NCBI GenBank assembly: GCA_965209085.1
Contig: OZ242376.1
Location: 1,600,001 to 1,664,000, forward strand
Length of the DNA stretch: 64,000 nucleotides
Origin: Nitrosopumilaceae archaeon
GTDB taxonomy: Archaea; Thermoproteota; Nitrososphaeria; Nitrososphaerales; Nitrosopumilaceae
Reading direction: 5' to 3'
Shown here: one piece after another, positions 50,825-62,700 of the stretch
How the letters are laid out: each line of letters opens with the position of its first letter
How positions within the stretch are numbered: position 1 is the first letter of the stretch
Made by a program: the position numbers and the translations under genes
The notes under the pieces: generated by a model
Database searches by the model: none
The model's input: only the letters and a program-made list of their open reading frames with translations
What the model was told of the DNA's origin: nothing

Positions 50825-52618
50825 ATGTATTACATGACTCACAGAGTGGCCGTTTTGGATGATGATTTATGCCAGCCCAAAAAATGCGGTTTAGAATGCA
50901 TAAAGTACTGTCCGGTAAACAAATCCGGAGCAGATTGCATTGTTTTGAACGAAGAGATCGGCAAGGCCCGCATAGACGAGGATATTTGCAACGGGTGCGG
51001 CATATGCGTAAAGGTGTGCCCCTTTGATGCAATTACTATTGTAAATCTGGCCTCAGAGCTCTCCGCTGAAAAGATTCACCAGTATGGAGAAAATTCCTTT
51101 AGGCTCTACAGACTGCCGACTCCAAAGAGCGGCGAGGTTGTGGGACTGTTGGGAAGAAACGGAATGGGAAAGAGCACCATTGTAGGATTGTTGTCTGGAA
51201 CACTCAAACCGAATCTTGGCAATTATGAAAATCCCCCCGAATGGGACGAGATTTTAAAATATTATGCGGGAACGGAAATGAAGAAACATTTTGAGATGAT
51301 ACGCGATGGAAATCTTCGTGCCGCAATAAAACCCCAGCAGATATCTCACATTGCCGGCGCGTTTAAAGGAACAGCATCAGAGCTGCTTGAAAAATACGAC
51401 GAGCGCGGAGCTGCGGGCCACCTTGTAAAAGATTTGGGTCTTGAGAATGCCATGCAGAAAAATCTTGAAGAGTTAAGCGGCGGGGAGATGCAGCGTCTTG
51501 CCACAGCTGCTGTTGCCGCACGCGATGTTGATTTTTATTTTTTTGACGAGCCATCCTCGTACAACGATGTCTACCAAAGGGCAGGCGTTGCACGTGTCAT
51601 ACACGCGCTGGCCGATTCTGGAAAAAGCGTCATGGTGGTCGAGCACGATCTGACGCTGCTTGACTATCTTAGCGACTATATCGAGCTTGTATACGGCGAA
51701 CCGGCAGCATATGGCATTGTTTCAGGCATACTCTCGACAAAGGTCGGCATTAACGTATTTCTTGACGGATACCTGCCAAGCGAGAACGTCCGATTCCGGG
51801 ATAAAGCATTTTCTTTTGACGTTTCAACCTCGGAGGATAGTTTTACATCAGATGTAACGGTAATCGAGTATCCAAAACTTGTAAAAAACTATCCGTCATT
51901 TTCCATAGAGGTTGAGGCAGGCAGCGTTAAAAAAGGGCAGGTGCTAGGCATAGTCGGCGCCAATGCGCTGGGTAAAACTACGTTTATGAAGATGATATCG
52001 GGGGTTTTACAGCCAGATTCCGGAGAGATTAAAAAAGAAATCAAGATAGCCTACAAACCCCAGTATCTAAAATCAGATACGGATGCAGAAACAATCAGCG
52101 TCCTGGAGCGCGCAGCAGGTTGCAGGCTTGAAGGGAGTGAGTCAGAGGAGCGCATCATAAACCCGCTTCGGATTAAAAAACTCTACAACAAGAGTATCTC
52201 AAAGCTCTCCGGCGGTGAGCTGCAAAAAGTGGCGGTTGCATCATGTCTGATGCAAAAAGCCGACCTGTATGCGCTCGATGAGCCTTCGGCATTTTTGGAC
52301 GTAGAGGACCGCATTGCGGTGGCAAAGTTTCTGCAAAAATTTGTCCGCTCCTACGGCCTCTCTGCTGTGGTAATTGATCATGACATACAAATGATGGATT
52401 TAATCTCCGATACGATGGTGCTCTTTGAGGGCGTCTCCGGAGTAAGGGGTACTGCCACAGCACCTCTTGCAAAAGCTGATGCCATGAACCGTTTTCTGCG
52501 CTCGCTTGGAATATCCTTCCGGCGTGATGAAAAATCCCGCCGGCCGCGCGTAAACAAGGCAATGAGCAGGCTAGATAAGGAGCAAAAATCTTCTGGTAAT
52601 TTTTACTATCGCAACTGA
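50825..52618 (+). CDS. rli1: ABCE1/Rli1 ribosome recycling ATPase
   Basis: Two Fe-S motifs, two ABC cassettes. Confidence 0.96.
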   Translation: MYYMTHRVAVLDDDLCQPKKCGLECIKYCPVNKSGADCIVLNEEIGKARIDEDICNGCGICVKVCPFDAITIVNLASELSAEKIHQYGENSFRLYRLPTPKSGEVVGLLGRNGMGKSTIVGLLSGTLKPNLGNYENPPEWDEILKYYAGTEMKKHFEMIRDGNLRAAIKPQQISHIAGAFKGTASELLEKYDERGAAGHLVKDLGLENAMQKNLEELSGGEMQRLATAAVAARDVDFYFFDEPSSYNDVYQRAGVARVIHALADSGKSVMVVEHDLTLLDYLSDYIELVYGEPAAYGIVSGILSTKVGINVFLDGYLPSENVRFRDKAFSFDVSTSEDSFTSDVTVIEYPKLVKNYPSFSIEVEAGSVKKGQVLGIVGANALGKTTFMKMISGVLQPDSGEIKKEIKIAYKPQYLKSDTDAETISVLERAAGCRLEGSESEERIINPLRIKKLYNKSISKLSGGELQKVAVASCLMQKADLYALDEPSAFLDVEDRIAVAKFLQKFVRSYGLSAVVIDHDIQMMDLISDTMVLFEGVSGVRGTATAPLAKADAMNRFLRSLGISFRRDEKSRRPRVNKAMSRLDKEQKSSGNFYYRN

Positions 52619-52650
52619 AAATAAATGACCCATATACTGACACACCGCGT

Positions 52651-53490
52651 ATGACAAGGATGCTCAGGCGCGCTTTGGAAGGGGTATTATCAGAGGATGA
52701 ATCATCGTATCTGTACTCGGCATTTGATCAGGTAGGGGACGTGATTATAGTAAGAATTCCTAAACAGTTAATGTCCAAAAAAGACCGCATTGGAGAGGCA
52801 CTCTTGGCAAATGTAAAGGTCTCAAGGGCAGTATTCTGCCAGAAAACTGACATAGCCGGCGATCACCGTACGCGCAGCTTGGAGCTGATTGCAGGGGAGG
52901 GTACGACTCGTACAGAATACAAGGAGAGTGGCTGCAGGTTTGCAGTGGACGTTGAAAAGGCGTTTTTCTCGCCCAGATTATCCACGGAGAGATCCCGTAT
53001 TGCAGGGCTTGTACAAAACGGACAGACCCTGCTGAATATGTTTGCCGGCGTGGGCATGTTTTCAATTCTTGCCGCATCAAAATGCAAATGCACCGCATAC
53101 AGCGTGGATTTAAATCCGGTTGCATCCTTTTTGTGCGAGCAGAGCATCAGGATGAACAAGCTTGCCGGAGAGGTCATATCCATCAATGGTGACATATCCA
53201 AAGTAATACGGGAACAAAATTTGGCCGACCGCTCAGATCATACCCTCATGCTTTTGCCTGAAAGATCCGACGAGTTTGTAGATGATGCCATATATGCAAC
53301 AAAGAGCGGCGGAATTATACACTATTACGCCCACGTTCATGCTGATAAAAAATCCCTTATTGCAGAGGCGATAAACGAACGCTGGGTTAGGGTAAGCGGG
53401 ATAAAATCTGAGATTATCGAATCAAAGCTTGTACGTGCCGTAGGTCCAAGATACTATCAGGCAGTAGCTGACGTTAAAATTACCAAATGA
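52651..53490 (+). CDS. Trm5/TYW2-family SAM-dependent tRNA transferase
   Basis: VGDVII, FFSPRLSTER, MFAGVG, DLNP. Confidence 0.88.
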   Translation: MTRMLRRALEGVLSEDESSYLYSAFDQVGDVIIVRIPKQLMSKKDRIGEALLANVKVSRAVFCQKTDIAGDHRTRSLELIAGEGTTRTEYKESGCRFAVDVEKAFFSPRLSTERSRIAGLVQNGQTLLNMFAGVGMFSILAASKCKCTAYSVDLNPVASFLCEQSIRMNKLAGEVISINGDISKVIREQNLADRSDHTLMLLPERSDEFVDDAIYATKSGGIIHYYAHVHADKKSLIAEAINERWVRVSGIKSEIIESKLVRAVGPRYYQAVADVKITK

Positions 53491-53493
53491 GAT

Positions 53494-53709
53494 TTATTCG
53501 TCAGTTATCATTGATTGTTTTGGTTTTACGGTAATCATTGAATATCCGACCCAGGAGATTGCGCTCAAAATTCCCCCCACGATCATCAGAATTGATATGT
53601 GCAATACGTGCTGGCTCCAGTCGGAAAGTATGAGAAGATATGCGTATGCAAAAAACGCCCCTATGCATCCGACAAAAATAAGAGCTCCTGCAATCTGCCT
53701 TTTGGTCAT
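53494..53709 (-). CDS. Small two-TM membrane protein
   Basis: 71 aa hydrophobic, WVGY motif. Confidence 0.7.
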   Translation of the reverse strand: MTKRQIAGALIFVGCIGAFFAYAYLLILSDWSQHVLHISILMIVGGILSAISWVGYSMITVKPKQSMITDE

Positions 53710-53736
53710 ATTTGTGCGCCGTACCCCATTTCATTA

Positions 53737-54234
53737 TCACCCAAGCTCTATGGACATCAAGTATGCATCCTCGCCGTCCCTGTAATATGAACCGAGCCTA
53801 TTGCGGATTTGAAAATTCATTTTTTGATACATTTCGACTGCCTCGTTGTTGCTGCACCTAACCTCCAGGTACAGTTCCATGCATTTGTATGTGCGCGCCC
53901 CGTTAATGACCCCGCTTAACATGGCAGATCCCATTCCTTTGCGGCGGTGCTCATCCAAGACGGCAATTGAGACTAGGTGGCATTTTTTTACAAATCCAAG
54001 TTTTTTAAAATTTGAAAATCCGTGCTCGCATTTGCACATTACATATCCCACATCGCGGCCGGCAGATTCTACCACCATGAATGTTTCAGGAAATTCCGAG
54101 AGCAGACTTTCGTAGAAAAAATCAGAATAATGTTCCGGCAGTGTCTTTAGATTTACTTCCATTATAGGTATCAGATCCCCCAGTTGTGCCCGGCGTATTG
54201 TATAATCATCCCTCTGGCGTACTGCAACCTGCAT
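53737..54234 (-). CDS. ard1: N-terminal acetyltransferase (Ard1/RimI GNAT)
   Basis: LPEHY, SIAV..RRKGMG, LEVRCSN, YYRDGEDAY. Confidence 0.92.
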   Translation of the reverse strand: MQVAVRQRDDYTIRRAQLGDLIPIMEVNLKTLPEHYSDFFYESLLSEFPETFMVVESAGRDVGYVMCKCEHGFSNFKKLGFVKKCHLVSIAVLDEHRRKGMGSAMLSGVINGARTYKCMELYLEVRCSNNEAVEMYQKMNFQIRNRLGSYYRDGEDAYLMSIELG

Positions 54235-54294
54235 GGTTTTTCTTCCCCGTGTCAGATATTTAATAGTAAGCGTGCCGCGTACTGCATGTATACG

Positions 54295-55371
54295 ATGGAA
54301 GAATGGCAGGTGCAGAGTGCGACAGGTGTAATATCATCGGCATTTAAGATTATAGAATACACCACAGCTCCCAAAGCCGTACGGTATGAGATTGCAGGTG
54401 GAAATTTACGCGAGGATTTTCCCAAAATCGTGCGCAAATTGGAGGCAATGGACATGGGGGCAAGTGCTGAATATCTCAAAGGAAGCCTTGTAATACTAGT
54501 ATATGATGCTGGGGTAAAAAAAGTTGGTTGGGCATCCTCTGTACACATACCAAGAATTCTCTTTGCGGTAGCTGTTGTGCTTGTCATGGTTGACGGATAT
54601 TACCGCACCGGTATTGCAAACAATATAGTAAACATCGGGGATCCGTTTTACACCGCAGCAGTATACACTTTGGCTCTGCTTGGCATACTGGGCGTGCATG
54701 AGTTGGGACATCTTGTAGCATCCCGCATGCACAAAGTAAAGACAAGTTGGCCGTATTTTATTCCAGGACTGCCAATATACGGTGTGCCCACTTTTGGAGC
54801 TTTTATCCGCTCCCGCAGCAGTACGCCAAACCGCATAATACTCTTTGACATTGCCATAGCCGGTCCGATTGCAGGACTGGCTGTCGCAATAATTGTTTCA
54901 CTATATGCTGCATACGATGCCCCGTTTGTTCCCGAATATGCGCAAAATAATTTCCTGGTTGAAGAGTGGGGTAGCGGCGAATCCATTCTGATGAAGGCCA
55001 CGCTGATAATATTCGACAAGGATACGGATGAAAAACCCGTACTGATGACCCCGCTGCTGTTTGCCGCATGGGTGGGATTTTTGCTTACGTTTTTGAACCT
55101 GCTTCCCGCGTGGCAGTTGGACGGCGGACACATGGCCCGAACCGTATTCGGTAAAAAGACGCATACGTATGCAACGTATGCAAGTCTTGGCGTTCTAGTG
55201 CTGCTCGGATACTGGGTTATGGCCGCGTTAATATTTATGCTCAGCCGCCGCAACGAAGGAGCCCGTCCGGCAGACGATGTGACAAAACTTGACGGAAAAA
55301 GAAAAGCTGCATATGTTGTAACGCTTGTTCTTGCGATCCTATGTGCGCCTATTCAGGCCGGAGTACTGTAG
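54295..55371 (+). CDS. Site-2 (M50) intramembrane metalloprotease
   Basis: HELGH, IAGP, NLLPAWQLDGG. Confidence 0.93.
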   Translation: MEEWQVQSATGVISSAFKIIEYTTAPKAVRYEIAGGNLREDFPKIVRKLEAMDMGASAEYLKGSLVILVYDAGVKKVGWASSVHIPRILFAVAVVLVMVDGYYRTGIANNIVNIGDPFYTAAVYTLALLGILGVHELGHLVASRMHKVKTSWPYFIPGLPIYGVPTFGAFIRSRSSTPNRIILFDIAIAGPIAGLAVAIIVSLYAAYDAPFVPEYAQNNFLVEEWGSGESILMKATLIIFDKDTDEKPVLMTPLLFAAWVGFLLTFLNLLPAWQLDGGHMARTVFGKKTHTYATYASLGVLVLLGYWVMAALIFMLSRRNEGARPADDVTKLDGKRKAAYVVTLVLAILCAPIQAGVL

Positions 55372-56458
55372 ATTCCTGACGAAGAAGAACTCTTGAACCG
55401 TCCGATACAACGGTGATTTTTTGCCGTTGCCCGCGGGTTTTCAGCATATATTCAAGTGCTTTTTTTGACGAATCCAAATGTACAAGATCCAGTTTTTTTG
55501 TATACATCTCCGGCAGTACTGATACTAGGCCAATCTGAATTCGTTTCTTTATCTCTCCAAGATACAGCAGATCCTCCATGCCCTGGACGTATTTTGACGG
55601 GCTTTTTAGACGGTCTGCATTCATTCGCCCCTCTACGAATTGCTGCAGTGCGTGCGAGCCCATGCCTTCGGCACACTCGGCCAACAATACTGCGACTCCC
55701 CCATTTTTTACCGCCGTATGTGCTGACCATATGGAATGCAGCGCCTGTGAGAGCGTCCGGTTGCTTGATGATTTTCCCGTACTGACCACCAGTGCTCCTG
55801 TTTCCTGCGCTTCAATGCTTGATGCAGGTTCAAGTTTTTTGCTCATCTGTGAGGTTTTTGAAGGATGTCCGATTTCCACGTCCAGTATGCCCTGGGCGTT
55901 TGCCACAATCTCAACTGACTGGATTTCAAATTTATCCGCAAAACTGTTTGCCACCTCTGCACATTTGGTCGACTGTCCTGGAACCGGCATGTTTCCTGCG
56001 CGTTTTGTATATGCGGAAAGCATTTCCTCCTCGCCGAATTTTCTAAGCAGTTTAACAGCAGATGTAGAAAATCCAAAAAGACCGTCAAGATCCAGTTCAG
56101 ATATGAATACCAAATTTGCAGCGTCAATGGATATTGTATCCATTCTTGACACGGCGCTGCCCTCTGGCAGAAAATCTTTTATTGATGCGACAGTTTTGGA
56201 GTCAGCTATGATGCGCGGTATGGGTTTTGATTTTTGCTCGCATATGGAACATATTGCCGCAATGGTTTCTCGTACGGCCGGCGTATCATGCAGTACTGCC
56301 AGCTCTGTGCCTTTGCTTGTGTCAATTGTTCCGAGTTTTTCTGCCAGTTTTGATCCATTAATTGTCTCACCTTGCGATGTAATATGCTCGCCGAGATTTT
56401 CTGCACTCACATCCACGACAAGATCGGTAGGACCATAATTTAGCCAAATTTCCGTCAT
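55349..56458 (-). CDS. LarA/DUF2088-like protein
   Basis: WLNYG start, AVKNGGVAVLLAECAEGMG. Confidence 0.7.
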   Translation of the reverse strand: MTEIWLNYGPTDLVVDVSAENLGEHITSQGETINGSKLAEKLGTIDTSKGTELAVLHDTPAVRETIAAICSICEQKSKPIPRIIADSKTVASIKDFLPEGSAVSRMDTISIDAANLVFISELDLDGLFGFSTSAVKLLRKFGEEEMLSAYTKRAGNMPVPGQSTKCAEVANSFADKFEIQSVEIVANAQGILDVEIGHPSKTSQMSKKLEPASSIEAQETGALVVSTGKSSSNRTLSQALHSIWSAHTAVKNGGVAVLLAECAEGMGSHALQQFVEGRMNADRLKSPSKYVQGMEDLLYLGEIKKRIQIGLVSVLPEMYTKKLDLVHLDSSKKALEYMLKTRGQRQKITVVSDGSRVLLRQESTVLRPE

Positions 56459-56716
56459 TACATATCATATATGATGTTGGAAAATAAACTGTTTGGATTG
56501 CCTTTACAGGGGGCATGATTGGTTAGCAGCTCAGACAAATGCCTTTTCGTCATAATTTCCGTTTTAACTCTGATTCTTCATTGCGGCCGCTCTGATGTGG
56601 TTTCAGCCGTATTTATTTAATTGGCACGCTATCCGTGTTGTAAGATAGCAGTCCCCACCTCACGCTGCATTGTGCATCCAGCGTACAGCAGATAGATGGT
56701 CAGGTGTGCTCTATCT

Positions 56717-59700
56717 TTAACCACGTTTAAAGACGTTCCGGTCTATCTCTCTTTCTGCGGTATTGCCAGAAAAGTCCTGTATGTTTGAGAGGAGGGTGAT
56801 CTGGACTACTGTAGAAGTGAACTGGTTTATGGATATTAACACAGTATTTGAGCCGATCTTTGTAACGTCCTGGATCTCTATTCCTATTATTGCATAGTTT
56901 ATCGCATTATCAGATGGCGCAGTTATCGGTTCGCTAAACGTGAGGATTATTTCAGTTGTGGTTGTTGAAATGGCAGATACTAGTACAGGAGGTGCCAAAT
57001 CCTGCGTACTAGTGCGAGTTAGATTTACACTATCACCAAGAATGTTAAGAATATCGCCGGATTGTTCTATAAATGGGGTTGTGCCGGTTCCAAATGGAGA
57101 TGTCATTGTGAGTGTAACTGTAGTGTCGTCATTTGAGAGTGCAATCGAATCGATGGTTGCATCCACGATCAAACCATATGATACTGTATAATCAGAAATG
57201 TCCAATGTTGCAGGATTTATGGTCATATTATACTGTATGACTATTGTCCTATCGTTGGAAATGTACGGACCCATAGAGTGAGTATTGTTTGTCAAAATAG
57301 AGCTAGCTGTAAAGCTGTTTCCGCTTGTATCTTCGATATTGGGGCTAGTTCCTATAAAACTAATGTTCAATACCGCATCAGAAAACGACGATAGGAATGT
57401 GGATATGCTCAGGGTGTTTCCAAAGATGCTACTAGAGATGAGGGTTGTAGATCCGTCGATATCAAGTAATTGGAGAGGTGCTGTTCCGGGTATAAATTGA
57501 ACATTTTCGTCAAAATACACCTCTATTAGATTAGAGGATACTACAGTGGCGCTTTTCATCGACGGTTTTATTCCATCAGATGCGGTAATGGTTGTAAATG
57601 ATAGACTGTTTCCTGCAAGATCTGTAAGCTCGCCAAAGTTTGAAGAGATGTCAAATTGGATCTCTGGCTGAGAATTTGATTCAAACGGGGTTGAAGGAGC
57701 AATTGTAATTTCAAGTATACTCTTTGGTATTGCAGACCCGTCTTTTACGTTAAATGATGTCAGGGAATATCCCGTAATTTTCAGAACAAAGTCTATATCC
57801 GCAGTAATTGCAATGGATTCATCAAATGCGACAGAAACCAGATACGGGGTGAGGGTTGTAGACGAGATTATCTGCGGGGGTATTCCATCCGTGGCGGTGA
57901 CACCATGTGATTGTATACTAAAACCAGATAGATCCTGTATCATACCCACATATGCGATGTACGGGGTGGCACCTGAGGAAAATAGAGTATTTGTGGTCAA
58001 TGTTACAACATTATCATATACGATAGTTCCGATAGGTTGTATGCCGTTTATTAAAAAGTCAGTGGAATCTACGCTACTCGCATTTATTGTTCTGCTAAAT
58101 GTCGCGTTTACTGTCGATGTATTTATCGTGTGAGCGGATTCAAGTACGGTATTCAACGCGGATGCAACCGTACTTGTACCATCAGATACTGTATCTCCGT
58201 CTACTGTAAGATTTGATTGGGTATTTTCATTGTATGTTACTAACGGTGTCTGATCTGGATCTTGTATTTCCGATGTTGTAATCTGCAGATGATCACCATA
58301 ATACAAGAATAAGACGGTTCCAGTATCAATGCCTTTGGCATAGCTGGAAAACGGCGTGCCTACGGCAAGAGCCGTACCTTCATCTGAGATTATACCCGTA
58401 TATGCCAAAGACATACCAAATCCGTAATTAAAACTCACACCAGTTGAAAATACGACATTGTCGGCCTTTGGATGCAGCGTGTACACTATACCATGATATT
58501 GCTCCAACGCTACAGCGGCAAATTCGGATCTGCCGTCGCCGTCTATATCGTTCATAACGGACAAGGCATATCCAAAACCAGTATTGTCAGGATCAAATAT
58601 TTTGATCGTGTTCTTTACCGTGCCGTTGGAATAAAGGTATGCTATATGCACCGCACCTGAACCGTTGCCATCTCCTGGAGCGCCTATGGCAAGATCCGGC
58701 ACTCCGTCACCATCAAAGTCTCCTGCCGCAAGCGATGTACCGAATGTATCTATAATGCTGAGATTAAAGTCTGTCAATTTTATCGTCGAGCTTACCGTAC
58801 CGTTGGAATAAAGGTATGCTATATGCACCGCACCTGAACCGTTGCCGTCTCCCGGAGCGCCTATGGCAAGATCCGGCACTCCGTCACCATCAAAGTCTTC
58901 TGCCGCAAGCGATGTACCGAATGTATCTACAATACTAAGATTAAAGCCTGTCAATTTTATCGTCGAGCTTACCGTACCGTTGGAATAAAGGTATGCTATA
59001 TGCACCGCACCTGAACCGTTGCCATCTCCCGGATCGCCTATGGCAAGATCCGGCACCCCATCACCATCAAAGTCTTCTGCCGCAAGCGATGTACCGAATG
59101 TATCAAAATTAAAATTATTAAATTCAAAGTAATCTAATGTGTGGGATGTATTTGCAGAACCGTCAGGGTTCATGTATACGATAGATATGAATCCAGTTCC
59201 ATTACCTAGTGCGCCAACTGCAAGATCTTTTGTCCCATCGTTGTCAAAATCAGCTGATGCAAGCGATGTTCCAAAGTGATCATGATCCTCAAGATTCAAT
59301 TCCGGTAGACCTTGATTGATTACATAGCCTTTTTCGGTGTAATAAGGAACTATATCCCAGGATAAAATTTCTGCAAAAGGATCCGTGATCGAAAAAGTGT
59401 CAGTGTTGTACGATGCAACATCCAAGTCTATTACATCATATCCATATAGAGTAAAGCTTAGCTCTATCGTTGAAGTATCTATGCGTTCGGCTGTAAATAT
59501 TGCAGAAAGTGAATTCAAGCTCCCTCTAAATTCTATCGGGATGTTTTGCAGGGCCAAATTTCCGGATAAATCTTCCACCGTGCCGTTTATTGAAACGGAC
59601 AGGAGATCGTCACGTTCAAAAGGATCTGTGATCAATTCGATATAGTTATCCTGAGATGAGATAGTGACGGATTTAACGCCTATGCCGGTTATTTCAAAAT

Positions 59701-62700
59701 CTGAAGGTTGGAGAGGACTCTTGATGGATTCATCAAATTCCACTATAATGGTTTGTTCATCATACGGGTATGCATCTATCATCAAAGGCCGCACCCCATC
59801 TTCAGTATAGTAATATCCATCTAAAGTCAACAGATTACCTGCAAGATCGCCCAACATACCATCTATGAAAATTCCAATTACCGCATCTGAAGAAAATCCT
59901 GTAGTTTTCATGTTTACTGTATTCTCTACAGACGTTACACCGATAAGATTTGCGCCATCTATGATAAATTTACTACCGGAAACGGATGCAGCATCCAACA
60001 CTTCGCTAAAATCCAATGCTATTATTCCATTTGATGCCGTTTTTACAGACAGCATTTCAGGCGATATTGTATCCACTATGACATTGCGTGTTGTAAGATT
60101 TTCCTGTGTTATCTGCAGGGTGTTATTTTGTTCATCATATGCAAACAAGGTAAAATTTACCAGACCCTGTACATCATCGGATGTTACGTTGAGCTCAAAT
60201 GTCACATGATTTCCCGAAATTACAGGCTGTATTGATCTGCCAAGCATTGTGGCATTGGCAGACGATGCAGTCTCGTCCGTTGTAAGATTTACCGTAATGG
60301 TATCATTTGCTTTTGCAAGGGTTGTATTTGGATTGCTGCTGTACGCTTCTAGAGAGACAAATTTTGGAGCTATGGTATCTGTTGCATCAAATCCTACCAC
60401 AGTCGGAATGGAAACTCCGGATATGCTGTTTCCTGCCAAATCTTCCACGGATCCGGACAGATTTAAACTTGGCAGGGAGGAAATATTCAAGGCGGATGTA
60501 ACAAGATTAACCATATCATATGATACAGTATGCCCCATTATGACCGCATTATTCATTGTAAAATCATCAGAGGATACTGATTCTGCACGAATGCCTTCAC
60601 TAAATACAACAGTTACAGAATTTGACGAAGAAGCATATGATGATTCCATATTCGGAGCTATTGTATCCACTTGGATGCTAGAGCCTGTTAGAGTCTGCGG
60701 TGTGGCAGTTACAAGATTTCCGTCCACGTCAACTATGTTTAATGAAAAATCAGCAAAACCCTGTGTGTCATTTTCCAACACCATTACAGTGGCGTTTGCA
60801 GTGTTTCCCGAATGGCTTACTGGCACAGAACGGCCAAATATCGTGGCACTAACAGAAGAGATGGTGTTGTTTGCAGACACATATACGGTTGCCAGATCTC
60901 CGGCTTTAACATACGGATGGTTTACCCCTCCAGATACGGTAACGGTTGGAAGCAGTTCTGCTGCATCATGTAAAGACATGATTCCAGATCCGCATCCGTT
61001 AGGACCAGGTTCTGCTGAGGTTTCAATGCTGCGCTGTATCTCATCTGCAGTTGCAGATGGATTTGCATCTAACAAGAGTGCGGCCATTCCAGCCACGTGT
61101 GGCGCTGATGCCGAAGTTCCAGAAAATGTTGAGCCTAAATTTTTAACGCCATCATATCCGCATATCTCCGGTTTTTCACGTCCATCATCAGTCGGACCCC
61201 TAGAGCTGAATGATTCTAGATTCTTGGTGGAATAATGCACTGCGCCAACACTCACAGCTCCACGTGCATCAGCTGGCGTTCCTATTGAACCTGCGGGCGT
61301 ACTTGGAGTCAAAGAAGCATCTGATGCATAAATATGTAAATTATGATTCTGTACAGAAGATTTAGAGGCTACAACTAGGCATTTGTTTCCAGATATGTCA
61401 GGCGATATTATCTCTTCCAACGGTAAGTATCCAATGGGCTGCCAATATGTAGAATAAGCATGCAGTTCTGACATATCACTGCTAAATAGAAAAAGATCAT
61501 AATCATCGCTTACAGAATTTTGATCCCATGCATCCCATGCAAGAATGATAAGTTCCTTTTGACTATTAGTGGAAAAACATGCTTTTTGAAGACCCGACGC
61601 TGATGGATTCACTTCCAGAATGCTCTGGTATGAATCAAGTTGCGGAATTAATTCAGGGGTAACAGTAGAGCTTGAAATGTATATTCCACTCCAATGCTCA
61701 TTAGCCGAGTTACCGGATGAGACTGTAACCAGTATTCCATTTTCCCGTGCTCTATCTACTGCCTGTGCTACGCTGCTTGTTCCATCACGATAATGTTTTG
61801 TGCTTCCATCTCCGCCCAGTCCTGGAACGCTAAGCGATATTGTCAATACGTCCGCTTTTCCTCTTGAGATTATGTGGGATATGGCCTCTTCAATGCCAAT
61901 ATTGTTACTTACGGCATACAGTTCCAAATTGGCATCAGGTGCCATGTCAGCTACTATGTGCGATACGCGGGTTCCGTGATGACTGCTGTATCCGCATGAT
62001 AAATCACTGCAGGATCTAAACAGTGCCGAATATGAAACGCGCGGGGATATTGCAGCATCATTTGGATTAAAAGAGGTATCTATAATTGCAACCGTAATGT
62101 TCTTGCCAGTTATCCCCATACTATGGAGAGTATCAGCCTGTGATACTGAAACACCCTCGCTTATAGACGATCCGGCCGTGGGTACAATCGTATGAGGCAG
62201 TCGGATTGACCGTACCTGATCGTGTTCTGCAAGATCTCGTATGCGGGATTCAGGGATCACCGCTAGAATGATTTTATCAAGCTGTGTTACGATCTCATCC
62301 TCGTTCAAAGGCACTAGGGAATTATTTGAGATTAGGTTTATGTAAACCTGGATTTTTTTATCCGAATTCTCAAACAGGGCGTATACGTTTGGCGATATTT
62401 TGAATTGGTTTGTTTTTGATTTTAATTCGTCCTGTACACGCACGTATTCGGCCGTACCATTTTGCAGCATTTCAAGAGTCTGATGCACATTTGAGCTGGT
62501 TTGGGCTGCAAAAGCGCCAAATATGCCAAAACCCTGCTGGGTGCGTGCATTATCTAGTACGGTTGCGGCCAAATCCGCAAGTGTCCTGTTCAGCTGGTGG
62601 GATGTACGGTTTAGATCCACATATTCATACCGCACATCCATGAACATATCGTGTGCCAAATTTGTTGCAGTTGTATTTGCCCTGCCTGTAATATTTGGTA

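Noticed and set aside
56480-56716. Intergenic stretch as a structured RNA
   Set aside because: Only short hairpins and no boxes or family motif recognised.
60249-61235. Long antisense ORFs (also 4158-4868, 47392-48075, 55578-56438)
   Set aside because: Shadows of well-supported genes on the opposite strand.
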